A DNA stretch of 64,000 bases, from positions 2,165-66,164 of the forward strand of contig JBKHHD010000005.1 of NCBI GenBank assembly GCA_046539325.1. Direction: 5' to 3'. A program made the translations under genes and the position numbers. The notes beneath the pieces are model-generated. The model had not been told where the DNA came from. It did no database searches and saw only the letters and a list, made by a program, of their open reading frames with translations. Shown in pieces: positions 25,925-34,313 of the stretch. The stretch comes from Candidatus Aenigmatarchaeota archaeon (GTDB taxonomy: Archaea > Aenigmatarchaeota > Aenigmatarchaeia > PWEA01). How positions within the stretch are numbered: position 1 is the stretch's first letter; each line of letters starts with the position of its first letter.

Positions 25925-27353
25925 AATCCTCTACCACCTTATTGAGCTCACCGTCTTTTATCTCGATAACACTTCCACATTTTATGGTTCGTTCTGGCAT
26001 GTACCACGTATCTTCAAAGTCCCAGCCTCTGCTTTCAGAAAAGGTTTCTTTACTTGTCATTTCTGCCATGAAAAGGGGCTCTCCTGCGCCACTGTCCTGG
26101 TCCAGGGATATTCCTGCTGTGGCCATGTTCCAGAAAGAGCTTTCAACAGTAGCCTCACTTGAACCTATCAGTCCACCAAATTCTGCTGATCCTTCTGAAG
26201 GATTGACAGTTCCAGCTGAATAAGAGTTATTAATGGGATTTGATGATGAAGCCTGATGGCCTACTAATCCCCCTATTTTAAGCGTACGTAGATCCGCTTC
26301 GATATGAATGTTTGATGTGCTGTAAGAGTTAGAAATACCTCCATCGAGATGTGTTACACCTACAAGTCCCCCGACTCTATCTCCTTCGGCTTTAACCATA
26401 CCCGCCGAGAATGATTCTGAGATATCTCCATGTGAAAATGAACCTGCTAGGCCACCGACCTTTTCTTCCCCTTTGACATAGGCCTTGCTATAGGATTTGC
26501 TTATATCTGAGGTTTTCTGCGAACTAGATCCAACTAGTCCGCCTACAGAACTACTTCCTTGTACTGAACCGGTGGTGTGTGATTTTTTTATATCTGAGAA
26601 ATAAGCATTTCCGACTAATCCACCAACTGTATTTCCACCCTTGATTTTTACATCTTCAACACCGATGTTTCTTATTTCGCCCTCGGAAACGTACCCAAAC
26701 AAGCCAACATTATCTTCATTTGCTCTGTCAATATATAAGCCGCTTATTGTATGTCCTTGGCCGTCGAACTCCCCCATGAAGTAATTATGGTTTTTCTGTT
26801 CTCCTATCGGCTCCCAACCCTGTCCTCCGTTAGCGTCTCTTCCTGCGACCTCTTCATAACCGGGGGTATCCGAATCCAGATTATTCTTCAGGACGTAATT
26901 TTTATTTAAGTCATTTCTTATATCATCCAGATCATTCCAGTTTCTTATAGGGACGGAGTCTTCATGTTCACCTTCTATTTCTTCGTTGTTCTTTTCCCAA
27001 CGATGTTTTGGAAAGGACGGCCCCTTATGGAAGTTCCAGTAGGTTTTAGTGGTTAAATTATCTTCGTCTTCAACATCCAGTCTCGAACGTACAGCATCCT
27101 TTGTAAAGGTGATCTCACAGTCTGAAGTAAGCAAGGTTCTCTTTTCGATAGTAGTTTCTTCAGGAAAAGCCGAAGTGATCGTCATGTCGCTCGCGAGCTC
27201 TACGTTCTGATGCTGTATTTGGTTCTCTGCGCCCAATGAAATGAGCTCTGTTACCATATCCCCGCCGACAACCATCACCAGTAGCATTAGAATTACTATA
27301 ACAACGAGGCCGAGGGACTTTCCAATAGCGACTCCTTTCGTCCATGGGGACAT
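25911..27353 (-). CDS. Class III signal peptide surface protein with GLUG-type repeats
   Basis: MSPWTKG|VAIGKSLGLVVIVILMLLVMVVGG. Repeats VGGLVGNAYFSDI, VGGLVGSSSQ, VGGLAGSFSHGDI, VGGLVGVTHLDGGI, IGGLVGHQASS, FGGLIGSSEA, then SFWNMATAGIS. Paralog of the 20957-23161 product. Confidence 0.6.
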   Translation of the reverse strand: MSPWTKGVAIGKSLGLVVIVILMLLVMVVGGDMVTELISLGAENQIQHQNVELASDMTITSAFPEETTIEKRTLLTSDCEITFTKDAVRSRLDVEDEDNLTTKTYWNFHKGPSFPKHRWEKNNEEIEGEHEDSVPIRNWNDLDDIRNDLNKNYVLKNNLDSDTPGYEEVAGRDANGGQGWEPIGEQKNHNYFMGEFDGQGHTISGLYIDRANEDNVGLFGYVSEGEIRNIGVEDVKIKGGNTVGGLVGNAYFSDIKKSHTTGSVQGSSSVGGLVGSSSQKTSDISKSYSKAYVKGEEKVGGLAGSFSHGDISESFSAGMVKAEGDRVGGLVGVTHLDGGISNSYSTSNIHIEADLRTLKIGGLVGHQASSSNPINNSYSAGTVNPSEGSAEFGGLIGSSEATVESSFWNMATAGISLDQDSGAGEPLFMAEMTSKETFSESRGWDFEDTWYMPERTIKCGSVIEIKDGELNKVVEDYAEF

Positions 27354-27399
27354 AATAGTTTAATTATATCTTTTGTTTAAAATTGTTTATATTCCCCTT

Positions 27400-27798
27400 T
27401 CAGTTCTCCGGAACGCTTGGGTTAAGTGTATACTGGCATGCAATATATTCGTTACCTTTTTTGCACATCCCATAATAGTTACTTTCTTCATCTAGAACTC
27501 CTTTCCAGCCCTCGGGACAGAAACAGTCTGAGTCTTCTACAGCGTTATATTCGTTGTTAGGCGTTCTCACTGCATCCACGCACGTTACGTTCCATTCATC
27601 GTCCTCTTTTGTGCTATTAGGTCTACAGTTTCCATCTCTGATACAGGCAGCAGGGTTATCATTATGCTGTTCACAGCCTATGTCCATATCGGAGAAATTC
27701 ATCGCAAGAAGGACTATTACCACGAGTGCCAGACTTAGCTTTATCATTAGGAAAAGTATTTCTTCCATTGACTTTGAAGTTCCTTTATTAGAGATCAT
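27400..27798 (-). CDS. Class III signal peptide (pilin-like) Cys-rich protein
   Basis: MISNKG|TSKSMEEILFLMIKLSLALVVIVLLAMNF. 10 Cys in the C-terminal domain. Confidence 0.5.
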   Translation of the reverse strand: MISNKGTSKSMEEILFLMIKLSLALVVIVLLAMNFSDMDIGCEQHNDNPAACIRDGNCRPNSTKEDDEWNVTCVDAVRTPNNEYNAVEDSDCFCPEGWKGVLDEESNYYGMCKKGNEYIACQYTLNPSVPEN

Positions 27799-27799
27799 A

Positions 27800-27946
27800 T
27801 CAATACTCCAGCACTGACAATGCTGTTTCTATAGTAGGCTCGAGTGTATAGTAAATTATACCTACTATAAGGGCCAGTAAGATAAGAATTGCAATTATTT
27901 TCAGAGGATCCTTTGTTGTATTTGATATATCATAAAAAGTTGACAT
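27800..27946 (-). CDS. Possible 48 aa single-TM protein (not in ORF track)
   Basis: Hand translation gives MSTFYDISNTTKDPLKIIAILILLALIVGIIYYTLEPTIETALSVLEY. Tightly packed, with 1-2 nt gaps to both neighbours in the same orientation. Confidence 0.3.
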   Translation of the reverse strand: MSTFYDISNTTKDPLKIIAILILLALIVGIIYYTLEPTIETALSVLEY

Positions 27947-27947
27947 T

Positions 27948-28094
27948 TTATATTCCCCTAATTCTATGTATCAGTAGATCTGATATATTTCCCAAAGAGC
28001 CTTCTGCAGTTAGAATTAAAGCCGTGGCAATCGCGAGAATTATAAGTGCCCCTATCAGAAACAATATCGTACTGCTGAATCCCTTTCTTTTCAT
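27948..28094 (-). CDS. Mini-pilin: 48 aa class III signal peptide protein
   Basis: ATG 28094 gives MKRKG|FSSTILFLIGALIILAIATALILTAEGSLGNISDLLIHRIRGI. The longer ORF call to 28145 would overlap the next mini-pilin. Confidence 0.5.
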   Translation of the reverse strand: MKRKGFSSTILFLIGALIILAIATALILTAEGSLGNISDLLIHRIRGI

Positions 28095-28102
28095 CCTTTC
28101 AC

Positions 28103-28276
28103 CTAGATCAGATTGCCTAAAAACTGCATCATGTTTCCTATCCATCCTTCACCGGAGCCGATTATATCAGTCCCAATTAAAAAGAGCATTCCAACGAGTA
28201 TTACAACTGCTATTATTGCAACGAGCACTTCTAAAGACATCTTCCCCTTTTTAAGAAATCTAGCTTTGTTCAGCAT
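28103..28276 (-). CDS. Mini-pilin: 57 aa class III signal peptide protein (not in ORF track)
   Basis: Hand translation gives MLNKARFLKKG|KMSLEVLVAIIAVVILVGMLFLIGTDIIGSGEGWIGNMMQFLGNLI with a TAG stop at 28103-28105. Confidence 0.5.
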   Translation of the reverse strand: MLNKARFLKKGKMSLEVLVAIIAVVILVGMLFLIGTDIIGSGEGWIGNMMQFLGNLI

Positions 28277-28319
28277 CTTCGCTCTACCTTTATTTTATCC
28301 TCTCCTGCATTTAAATATG

Positions 28320-29435
28320 TCAACTGCCTTCTGATTGGTATTCCTCGTCTACCTCCCAGTAATATTCTTTCTCTGCTAAACAAAGGCACCATGCTTCACC
28401 AGCTTCTTCTTCGCAGAACTCTTCTTCGGAGTCAATCTTCTCATAGCCCCTTGGAGCGTCCTTTTGTTCGAAACAACCCGAGGACCAGATTATTTCATCT
28501 TTGGCGCTGCACTGGTCTGCACAGGCGGCGTCAAGTTCTGTGCCTCCCTCTCTTGAATCCCTTTCCTTTGAACTGCAGACTACAGGAGCATAGAGTTCAA
28601 AGGGATGGGTACCTTCCCAGTATCTCCGTAGTAACATGAGTTGGAATCTCCTCTTTGAGTTGGGGATTTTTATATCAACGCCTTTACCTATAGCGAAGTC
28701 AGAAACCGGATCGCCATCTATCTGAATATCATCTCCTGAGTCCGAGGCCATCCACCTCACATCGCCCATTTCACTAAGAGTGCTACCCTCCTTGTTCCAG
28801 AGAACTGTCCCTTCTTCAAAGTTCCATAGAGCACACCTACCGCTTTCGAAAGTAGAAAAAATTACGCAGCCTTCGTGACTGTCTAGATTACTTAGACTGT
28901 TTACCTCATTTTGACCTACTTCATCCAGTGCGTCTTTACATGCTCCTTTTGTTTCGCCACCAGAGCTGTGTGTATATATCATATCTCCTTCGCTGTCAAT
29001 AAGTTCATACTCCAGGTGTTTTCCAGGATGTTGATCTGTTAAGTGGAACTCACCGAGATTGTCGTCGTTTCCATCCCTTACATAGGAGTGTATGTATTTT
29101 CCTTGTCTATCGGATACACCACAGTAGCAGCCTGCAGATTCTACGTCTATGGCGAAATCTGCTATCCTTTCCTGGGCGATGGTATCCGTCCCTACAGGAT
29201 TGCCCCACTTTCCTCGGGATACCCCACTTACAAGACCTTCCCAGACCCTGTCCTTCAAGAAGCTGTGTCCTTCGATGCTTGCCTGTATATCACAGTATGT
29301 CGGGCATACAACGTCCTTACCAATAATCTGATTTCCTACACGGCCTATTATTTTTCCTCCCAGAGAACCTGTTATAATTATTATGATGATAACGAAAACT
29401 ATGATCAGCATTGCACCAGACATGCCTTTTTTCAT
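28320..29435 (-). CDS. Class III signal peptide protein, member 1 of a tandem Cys-rich paralog triplet
   Basis: ATG 29435 gives MKKG|MSGAMLIIVFVIIIIIITGSLGG. Shares GCYCGVSDRQGKYIH, EFHLTDQHPGKHLEY, YAPVVCSS and C-terminal CLCLAEKEYYWEVDEEY with the next two genes. Confidence 0.6.
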   Translation of the reverse strand: MKKGMSGAMLIIVFVIIIIIITGSLGGKIIGRVGNQIIGKDVVCPTYCDIQASIEGHSFLKDRVWEGLVSGVSRGKWGNPVGTDTIAQERIADFAIDVESAGCYCGVSDRQGKYIHSYVRDGNDDNLGEFHLTDQHPGKHLEYELIDSEGDMIYTHSSGGETKGACKDALDEVGQNEVNSLSNLDSHEGCVIFSTFESGRCALWNFEEGTVLWNKEGSTLSEMGDVRWMASDSGDDIQIDGDPVSDFAIGKGVDIKIPNSKRRFQLMLLRRYWEGTHPFELYAPVVCSSKERDSREGGTELDAACADQCSAKDEIIWSSGCFEQKDAPRGYEKIDSEEEFCEEEAGEAWCLCLAEKEYYWEVDEEYQSEGS

Positions 29436-29540
29436 TCTATTTTCCGAACTTTCGTAATTTCTCAAAGTTATCACCTAAATTAAGTAGCTGGGAACCGTCT
29501 TGAATCCCATTGACCTTAATGCATACCTTTAAGTTTTCTA

Positions 29541-30896
29541 TTATACAGGTGTACATGAACATTTCACACTACTACAATCCTCACCTAAATTCGCAGTTAC
29601 CTCTTCATTACAGTCCTTGTCATATGTATAACAACTATTTTCTGCGCTATTCCAACCGCTACCAACAGCGTTCGCGGGGTCCGTTCCTCCGTATGCACCT
29701 CCTGAAACTTCGCAGTGCTCACCACCGCAGGTAACACCTTCTAGCTCCTCCTCACACCATTCTTCGCAGGAGTCTATTTGTTCTTTACCTGTGGAATAAC
29801 AATCTCCTTCACTTTCCCCGCCATTCTCCACTTCTGGTTCGTATTCTTCATCCACCTCCCAATAATATCTTTTTTCGGCTTTGCAGCTACAGTATGGATC
29901 TTCCTCGCTTGCCTTCTCTTGTCTATTTGTTCGAGCCTGTGTTTCAGGACATAAATCCTCTGATTTCCTGTACTCTTCTGGAAGTAGATCGTAATTTTCT
30001 ACCGGGGTTTCGCTGCAGGTCGAACCCCAGAAGATTTCCTCCTCGTCGTTGCAGTAGTCCCTACATGCTTTATCGACCATGGAGTCCGCTTCCTCTTCGT
30101 TTCTTCCATCTGACTTGCAGACCACTGGTGCCGCAAACCGAAATTCAGTACTTTCCTCGGACACGTTTTGAAGCAGCATTCTCTGTGAGCTGTGGCCTCC
30201 TGAAAATGAAACGCTGTCGCCTATTTCAATATCTTCGACGGGACCATCAAAGTCATCACCATATCTCTCGTAGCCTTGTAATGTATCTTCTATACTTCCT
30301 TCACTGTTGTTGAGAACCGATCCTTCTCCGGCCTTCCATACTGCACAATTGTAATTGCCGTCGTTGTCTTTTTGAACAGAAACTATTAAGCACGCTTCCG
30401 CGTCCTGTATCCCACTGAAACCACCTAGATCTTCTTTGTCCTCTTCCTCTATAATTTCCTCGCATGCGTCAAACCCTCCAGTGTGGTCAAAGCCCGTTGC
30501 CTTGTATTTAAGATGCATCGCAGGATTTTGTTTTGTAAGGTGGAATTCATATATATTCTCAGGACCCCCGGCTGTATGAACATGCATGTACTTCCCATTC
30601 CTCTGATCAACGCCACAGTAACACCCGGCTGCCGCAGGCTTTGCCATACCCGCTCTAGCCTTGTCTATTATTATATCGGACCAGCTTACGCTTCCTCCTA
30701 GCCATGAAGGCCACCATGCCCACCTGCTGTAATCCTCCGCTTCGTGGTGTATGTTGCAATAAATGTCACATCCGTATGTATTCATAAAAATTGGTTCGAC
30801 CATCATCCAGAAAATATCAAGTATTACAGTTACGCCTAAAAGTGCCAGGATTATAACTACTAAAACCATCGCACCGATACCTTTTTTATTTGACAT
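29541..30896 (-). CDS. Class III signal peptide protein, member 2 of the paralog triplet (extra Cys-rich C-terminal extension)
   Basis: MSNKKG|IGAMVLVVIILALLGVTVILD. Motifs GCYCGVDQRNGKYMHVH, EFHLTKQNPAMHLKY, FAAPVVCKS, CSCKAEKRYYWEVDEEYEPE. Confidence 0.6.
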   Translation of the reverse strand: MSNKKGIGAMVLVVIILALLGVTVILDIFWMMVEPIFMNTYGCDIYCNIHHEAEDYSRWAWWPSWLGGSVSWSDIIIDKARAGMAKPAAAGCYCGVDQRNGKYMHVHTAGGPENIYEFHLTKQNPAMHLKYKATGFDHTGGFDACEEIIEEEDKEDLGGFSGIQDAEACLIVSVQKDNDGNYNCAVWKAGEGSVLNNSEGSIEDTLQGYERYGDDFDGPVEDIEIGDSVSFSGGHSSQRMLLQNVSEESTEFRFAAPVVCKSDGRNEEEADSMVDKACRDYCNDEEEIFWGSTCSETPVENYDLLPEEYRKSEDLCPETQARTNRQEKASEEDPYCSCKAEKRYYWEVDEEYEPEVENGGESEGDCYSTGKEQIDSCEEWCEEELEGVTCGGEHCEVSGGAYGGTDPANAVGSGWNSAENSCYTYDKDCNEEVTANLGEDCSSVKCSCTPV

Positions 30897-30901
30897 CTCA
30901 A

Positions 30902-31108
30902 TCAGAATGCTATACCGAATTTATCCGTGACGAAATAAACTATTACAAATACTATCAATACCAGTATTAATATCGCTATGGCGGATAAGATCGAACTTTC
31001 GCTTGCTTCCTGCAAAAATACACACCAAATAACGTTTTCGAACGGAGTTAAATATATTTTGTCCTTGCCTTTGCCTCGTCTACTCGTCTTTAGGTTCGTA
31101 CTCTTCAT
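30902..31108 (-). CDS. Possible small C-terminally anchored membrane protein (uncertain start)
   Basis: The ORF in this gap ends ...SSILSAIAILILVLIVFVIVYFVTDKFGIAF. The upstream part of the 140 aa call overlaps the next gene out of frame, so only the 3' portion is proposed. Confidence 0.2.
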   Translation of the reverse strand: MKSTNLKTSRRGKGKDKIYLTPFENVIWCVFLQEASESSILSAIAILILVLIVFVIVYFVTDKFGIAF

Positions 31109-32171
31109 CCACCTGCCAGTAGTATTCTTTTTCGACAACGCACTGGCAGTAGGGGCTTTCGAATTCATCGGGACAGAAATCCTCTTCCTTTGTATATTTT
31201 TCCGGGAGTTCGTCGTAGTCTCTGAGGGCTGTATCGCTACATTTGGACTGCCAGAAACCCATATCTTCCTCGCTGCAGTATTCAGCACAGGCCTTGTCGA
31301 ACTCTGTCTCAGGATCCTGTTCAACGGATTCGGATTTGCAGACTACAGGAGCATATAAATCAAAGGGGCGTTCTCCTTCCCAGTATTGACGGAGCAGTAT
31401 CTTCTGGAAGGCAGGTTTATCACCTTTTACCTCTACTTGTTGGCCTATTTCCAGTTGAAGTGGGTTATTGTCAGTGCCGGACGTCAAACGTCTACTGTTG
31501 GGCTTTAAATGGATCATTGAACTAAGAGATTCCCCTTCTTTGTTCCACAGAGCTGAGCCTTCTTGTGCGCCATATATAGTGCAGCTCTCACTGCCATCCT
31601 TCATGGAAACTATTACACAGCCTTCGTATTCTCCTAGGTCTTCAAGTCCTGTGAACTCGTCACTGTCTTCCATTTCATCTTTACAGTTCTCCAGGCCATC
31701 CGTTTGCCTGTTTCCGTCTGCGTGGTCGAACTCGGCTGCGGCTTTTTTATTTGCATAGTACTGGAGATGCAGCTTGGGATTTTGATCAGTTATATGGAAC
31801 TCCTTCACCGTTCCGTCGTCTGCGTTTCCGTGAATATGTATATATTTACCACTCCTCTCGGAAACACCGCAGTAACATCCCATGGCTTTGGGATCTATAT
31901 TTTGCTTTAGTTTGTCCAAGGCGACTTCAAAAGTCGTTTTTCGGCCCCACCACTGGTCGTCACCTATACCTATTATATTCCAGCCACTGAGTCCTTCTAC
32001 ATCCGTCTGTATACTGCAGAATTTATTACATGCCCTGTCCATGGTGTCAAATCCGGCGAAGGCCGCAAAGATAGGCTCCATAACCCCTGCATAAAGAACT
32101 CCGCTGAGTAAAAACATCACTATGGCTATTACGAAAAGCAACATAGGCAATCCCCCCTTTTTGTTAATCAT
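31080..32171 (-). CDS. Class III signal peptide protein, member 3 of the paralog triplet
   Basis: MINKKGG|LPMLLFVIAIVMFLLSGVLYAG. Motifs GCYCGVSERSGKYIHIH, EFHITDQNPKLHLQY, YAPVVCKS, CQCVVEKEYYWQVDEEYEPKDE. Confidence 0.6.
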   Translation of the reverse strand: MINKKGGLPMLLFVIAIVMFLLSGVLYAGVMEPIFAAFAGFDTMDRACNKFCSIQTDVEGLSGWNIIGIGDDQWWGRKTTFEVALDKLKQNIDPKAMGCYCGVSERSGKYIHIHGNADDGTVKEFHITDQNPKLHLQYYANKKAAAEFDHADGNRQTDGLENCKDEMEDSDEFTGLEDLGEYEGCVIVSMKDGSESCTIYGAQEGSALWNKEGESLSSMIHLKPNSRRLTSGTDNNPLQLEIGQQVEVKGDKPAFQKILLRQYWEGERPFDLYAPVVCKSESVEQDPETEFDKACAEYCSEEDMGFWQSKCSDTALRDYDELPEKYTKEEDFCPDEFESPYCQCVVEKEYYWQVDEEYEPKDE

Positions 32172-32213
32172 CTCAATCTCTCTATATTATCCTAGTTTTT
32201 TGTGTTTTAATTT

Positions 32214-34313
32214 TCACAGTCCTTCACCCAGAAGTCCAGCTATCTGTGTACCGAAGACCTCCCAGACAACTACAAGTGAAAAGGAGTAAACGATTACCCC
32301 GATGAGTATCATAAATCCTGCAGCCTTCCTCTTAGCTACCTTGTCGCCCGGTCCGTTCTCCACACCTGCAGTAAGCATCGCCAGTAGGTAGGAGGTCTGT
32401 ATAACGTAAATTCCTACAACGATCTGAAGTATGTATAAGGGCATCATTTCACCCGCGGCTCCCCATCCGCCGACAAGCATACCGTCCATGCCTATTCCCG
32501 CCATGCCTCCTATCCCTACATCACCTTCGGTTGCCTGGCCCAATCCCTCCATCGCTTCTCCTATGCCCCGGAATATAGACATCATTATCGCGGCCATCGC
32601 GACCGAGACACCTGCTACGAACGGGCCAAGGAAGGAACCTAGAAACTGCATGGAAGTTGTCTCCGAAGAAAGCATATTTTTGAGGTCTCCCTCTATTTCG
32701 TCCAACTGTTCGAGATACTTGGATATGGAGATGGCCGATCTTGAAGCTATTCTCGATCCTTTTTCCGTGGCATCGACGACTATCTTCATGACTGAGGTCA
32801 CAAGGTCCGATGGATATTGCCATACAGCACCGAAGTTCTTATCAAAGAATGCGTTTCTAAGGTCCATTCCCCCTTTCCTCATATTTTTAACAACCTTTCT
32901 GAACATGTTAGATATCTCCAGGTCTTCGTTTCTCTGGACTGTGTCTTCTGCGGCTCTCTCTATGGGCTTCCCGAGGTCCATTCTGTTGCCGAGAGAAAAC
33001 AACGCCTTCGAAAACTCGTCCTCTATGTTCTTTATACTCTCCCGTAGCTCGATCTTTGCCCTCGTATCCAGAAGAAAGTAGCTGGATGGTCCGATCGCGA
33101 TACCTCCGGTGATAACTAGCGAGGTCACTATCTGTCTGAAGAGGTCCTCACCTGCATGGAATTTCACCAAGTAGATCCCTAGAAGTATTACAGGAAGGGA
33201 TAGAATAAGGGATATGGGCCATATTTTGATGGTTTTATCTCCCAGTTTCATCATTCCCGAAGGGATATGGTCTGGATGTTTTGATATATCAGGCGTCGAA
33301 AATCCCATTGGCCTGTACTCCAAAGTCCTTTTACCTGTCAGGTATATTATCAGCGGGAGAATTATGTTGTACCCGATAAAGAGGAAAGCTGGCCTTACAG
33401 TATCCTCTAGCATGAGTATTATTATGGGAAACATAACCAGTACCATGATAGGAAGCATTATACCGAGCATATGTATGATCATAATAGGCAGTTCCAGCTT
33501 GTTGGAGTATTCCTTCATCATCTCCCTCGAACCGGACATCATCGTGTTTATACCTTCGTCAAGCATAGCCTTCCTCTTCTCCTTCGACTGTTCCATGGAG
33601 TTCTGGATAACCTGCATGGCCTCAACGAAGGGTTTGTTGTCCTGCCATTTCTCCAGGTAGTCGGACAACGCTTCTTTCATGGATATATATTTTCCTGTCT
33701 CGACATCCCAGAGCATCTTCTTGAAGTCGAGGGAAAGGGGTTCTCCGAGGTGCTCTGCAGTGAACTTTATAGCTCCTTCAAGGTTTGGCGATGTTCGCAT
33801 ATATATGACCATATATATTATGGCCAGCATTATCTGATCAGCAGCTTTAACTCGGAAAAGACGTGCTTGGGAGTTCGGATATTCAGCCAGCAGGTAGATT
33901 GCAACGGCCCCGAGCATGAATATCAGGAGACCGAAAACTATAGAAGCTATTCCGAAGGCCATCAGGATTATGCCTGCCAAGAAGATCATAAGCCCAGAAA
34001 GAACAGCCAAGGAATAGGCTCCCGGGGGCGTTATCTGCATGTATGCCATATCTATTGATCGCTGCAGCTCCTCCTTTTTGTCTTCAGATGGTTCAATCAC
34101 AACTATGTCTTCGGCTATGTTGCAGAGCTTTTCGTACAGCGACTTCTCTCTGTGTTTTTCCTCTTCTTTGATGAAGGTGTTGTACTCCCTGGATGTAAAG
34201 GTCCTATTTTCCTCACCGGGTAGCTTCAAATCCTTTTTTCCTTCCTCAACTATGTTGTCTATCTCTTTCTCCCATTCATCCTCGAAATTGTCCTCAGGCA
34301 TTCTTGAATTCAC
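32214..34313 (-). CDS. Polytopic membrane platform protein of a type IV pilus/archaellum-like system (FlaJ/TadC/GspF family)
   Basis: 699 aa with two blocks of multiple TM helices separated by cytoplasmic domains, the size and architecture of FlaJ/TadBC fusions. Immediately downstream of, and overlapping, the FlaI-like ATPase gene. Confidence 0.6.
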   Translation of the reverse strand: MNSRMPEDNFEDEWEKEIDNIVEEGKKDLKLPGEENRTFTSREYNTFIKEEEKHREKSLYEKLCNIAEDIVVIEPSEDKKEELQRSIDMAYMQITPPGAYSLAVLSGLMIFLAGIILMAFGIASIVFGLLIFMLGAVAIYLLAEYPNSQARLFRVKAADQIMLAIIYMVIYMRTSPNLEGAIKFTAEHLGEPLSLDFKKMLWDVETGKYISMKEALSDYLEKWQDNKPFVEAMQVIQNSMEQSKEKRKAMLDEGINTMMSGSREMMKEYSNKLELPIMIIHMLGIMLPIMVLVMFPIIILMLEDTVRPAFLFIGYNIILPLIIYLTGKRTLEYRPMGFSTPDISKHPDHIPSGMMKLGDKTIKIWPISLILSLPVILLGIYLVKFHAGEDLFRQIVTSLVITGGIAIGPSSYFLLDTRAKIELRESIKNIEDEFSKALFSLGNRMDLGKPIERAAEDTVQRNEDLEISNMFRKVVKNMRKGGMDLRNAFFDKNFGAVWQYPSDLVTSVMKIVVDATEKGSRIASRSAISISKYLEQLDEIEGDLKNMLSSETTSMQFLGSFLGPFVAGVSVAMAAIMMSIFRGIGEAMEGLGQATEGDVGIGGMAGIGMDGMLVGGWGAAGEMMPLYILQIVVGIYVIQTSYLLAMLTAGVENGPGDKVAKRKAAGFMILIGVIVYSFSLVVVWEVFGTQIAGLLGEGL

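Noticed and set aside
28113-28334. Plus-strand 73 aa ORF
   Set aside because: Antisense to the two adjacent mini-pilin genes, whose signal-peptide logic is much stronger.
30902-31324. Full 140 aa minus-strand ORF
   Set aside because: Its 5' two-thirds overlaps the C-terminus of the 31080..32171 paralog in another frame and is Arg/Thr-rich. Only the non-overlapping 3' part is kept, as a low-confidence small membrane protein.
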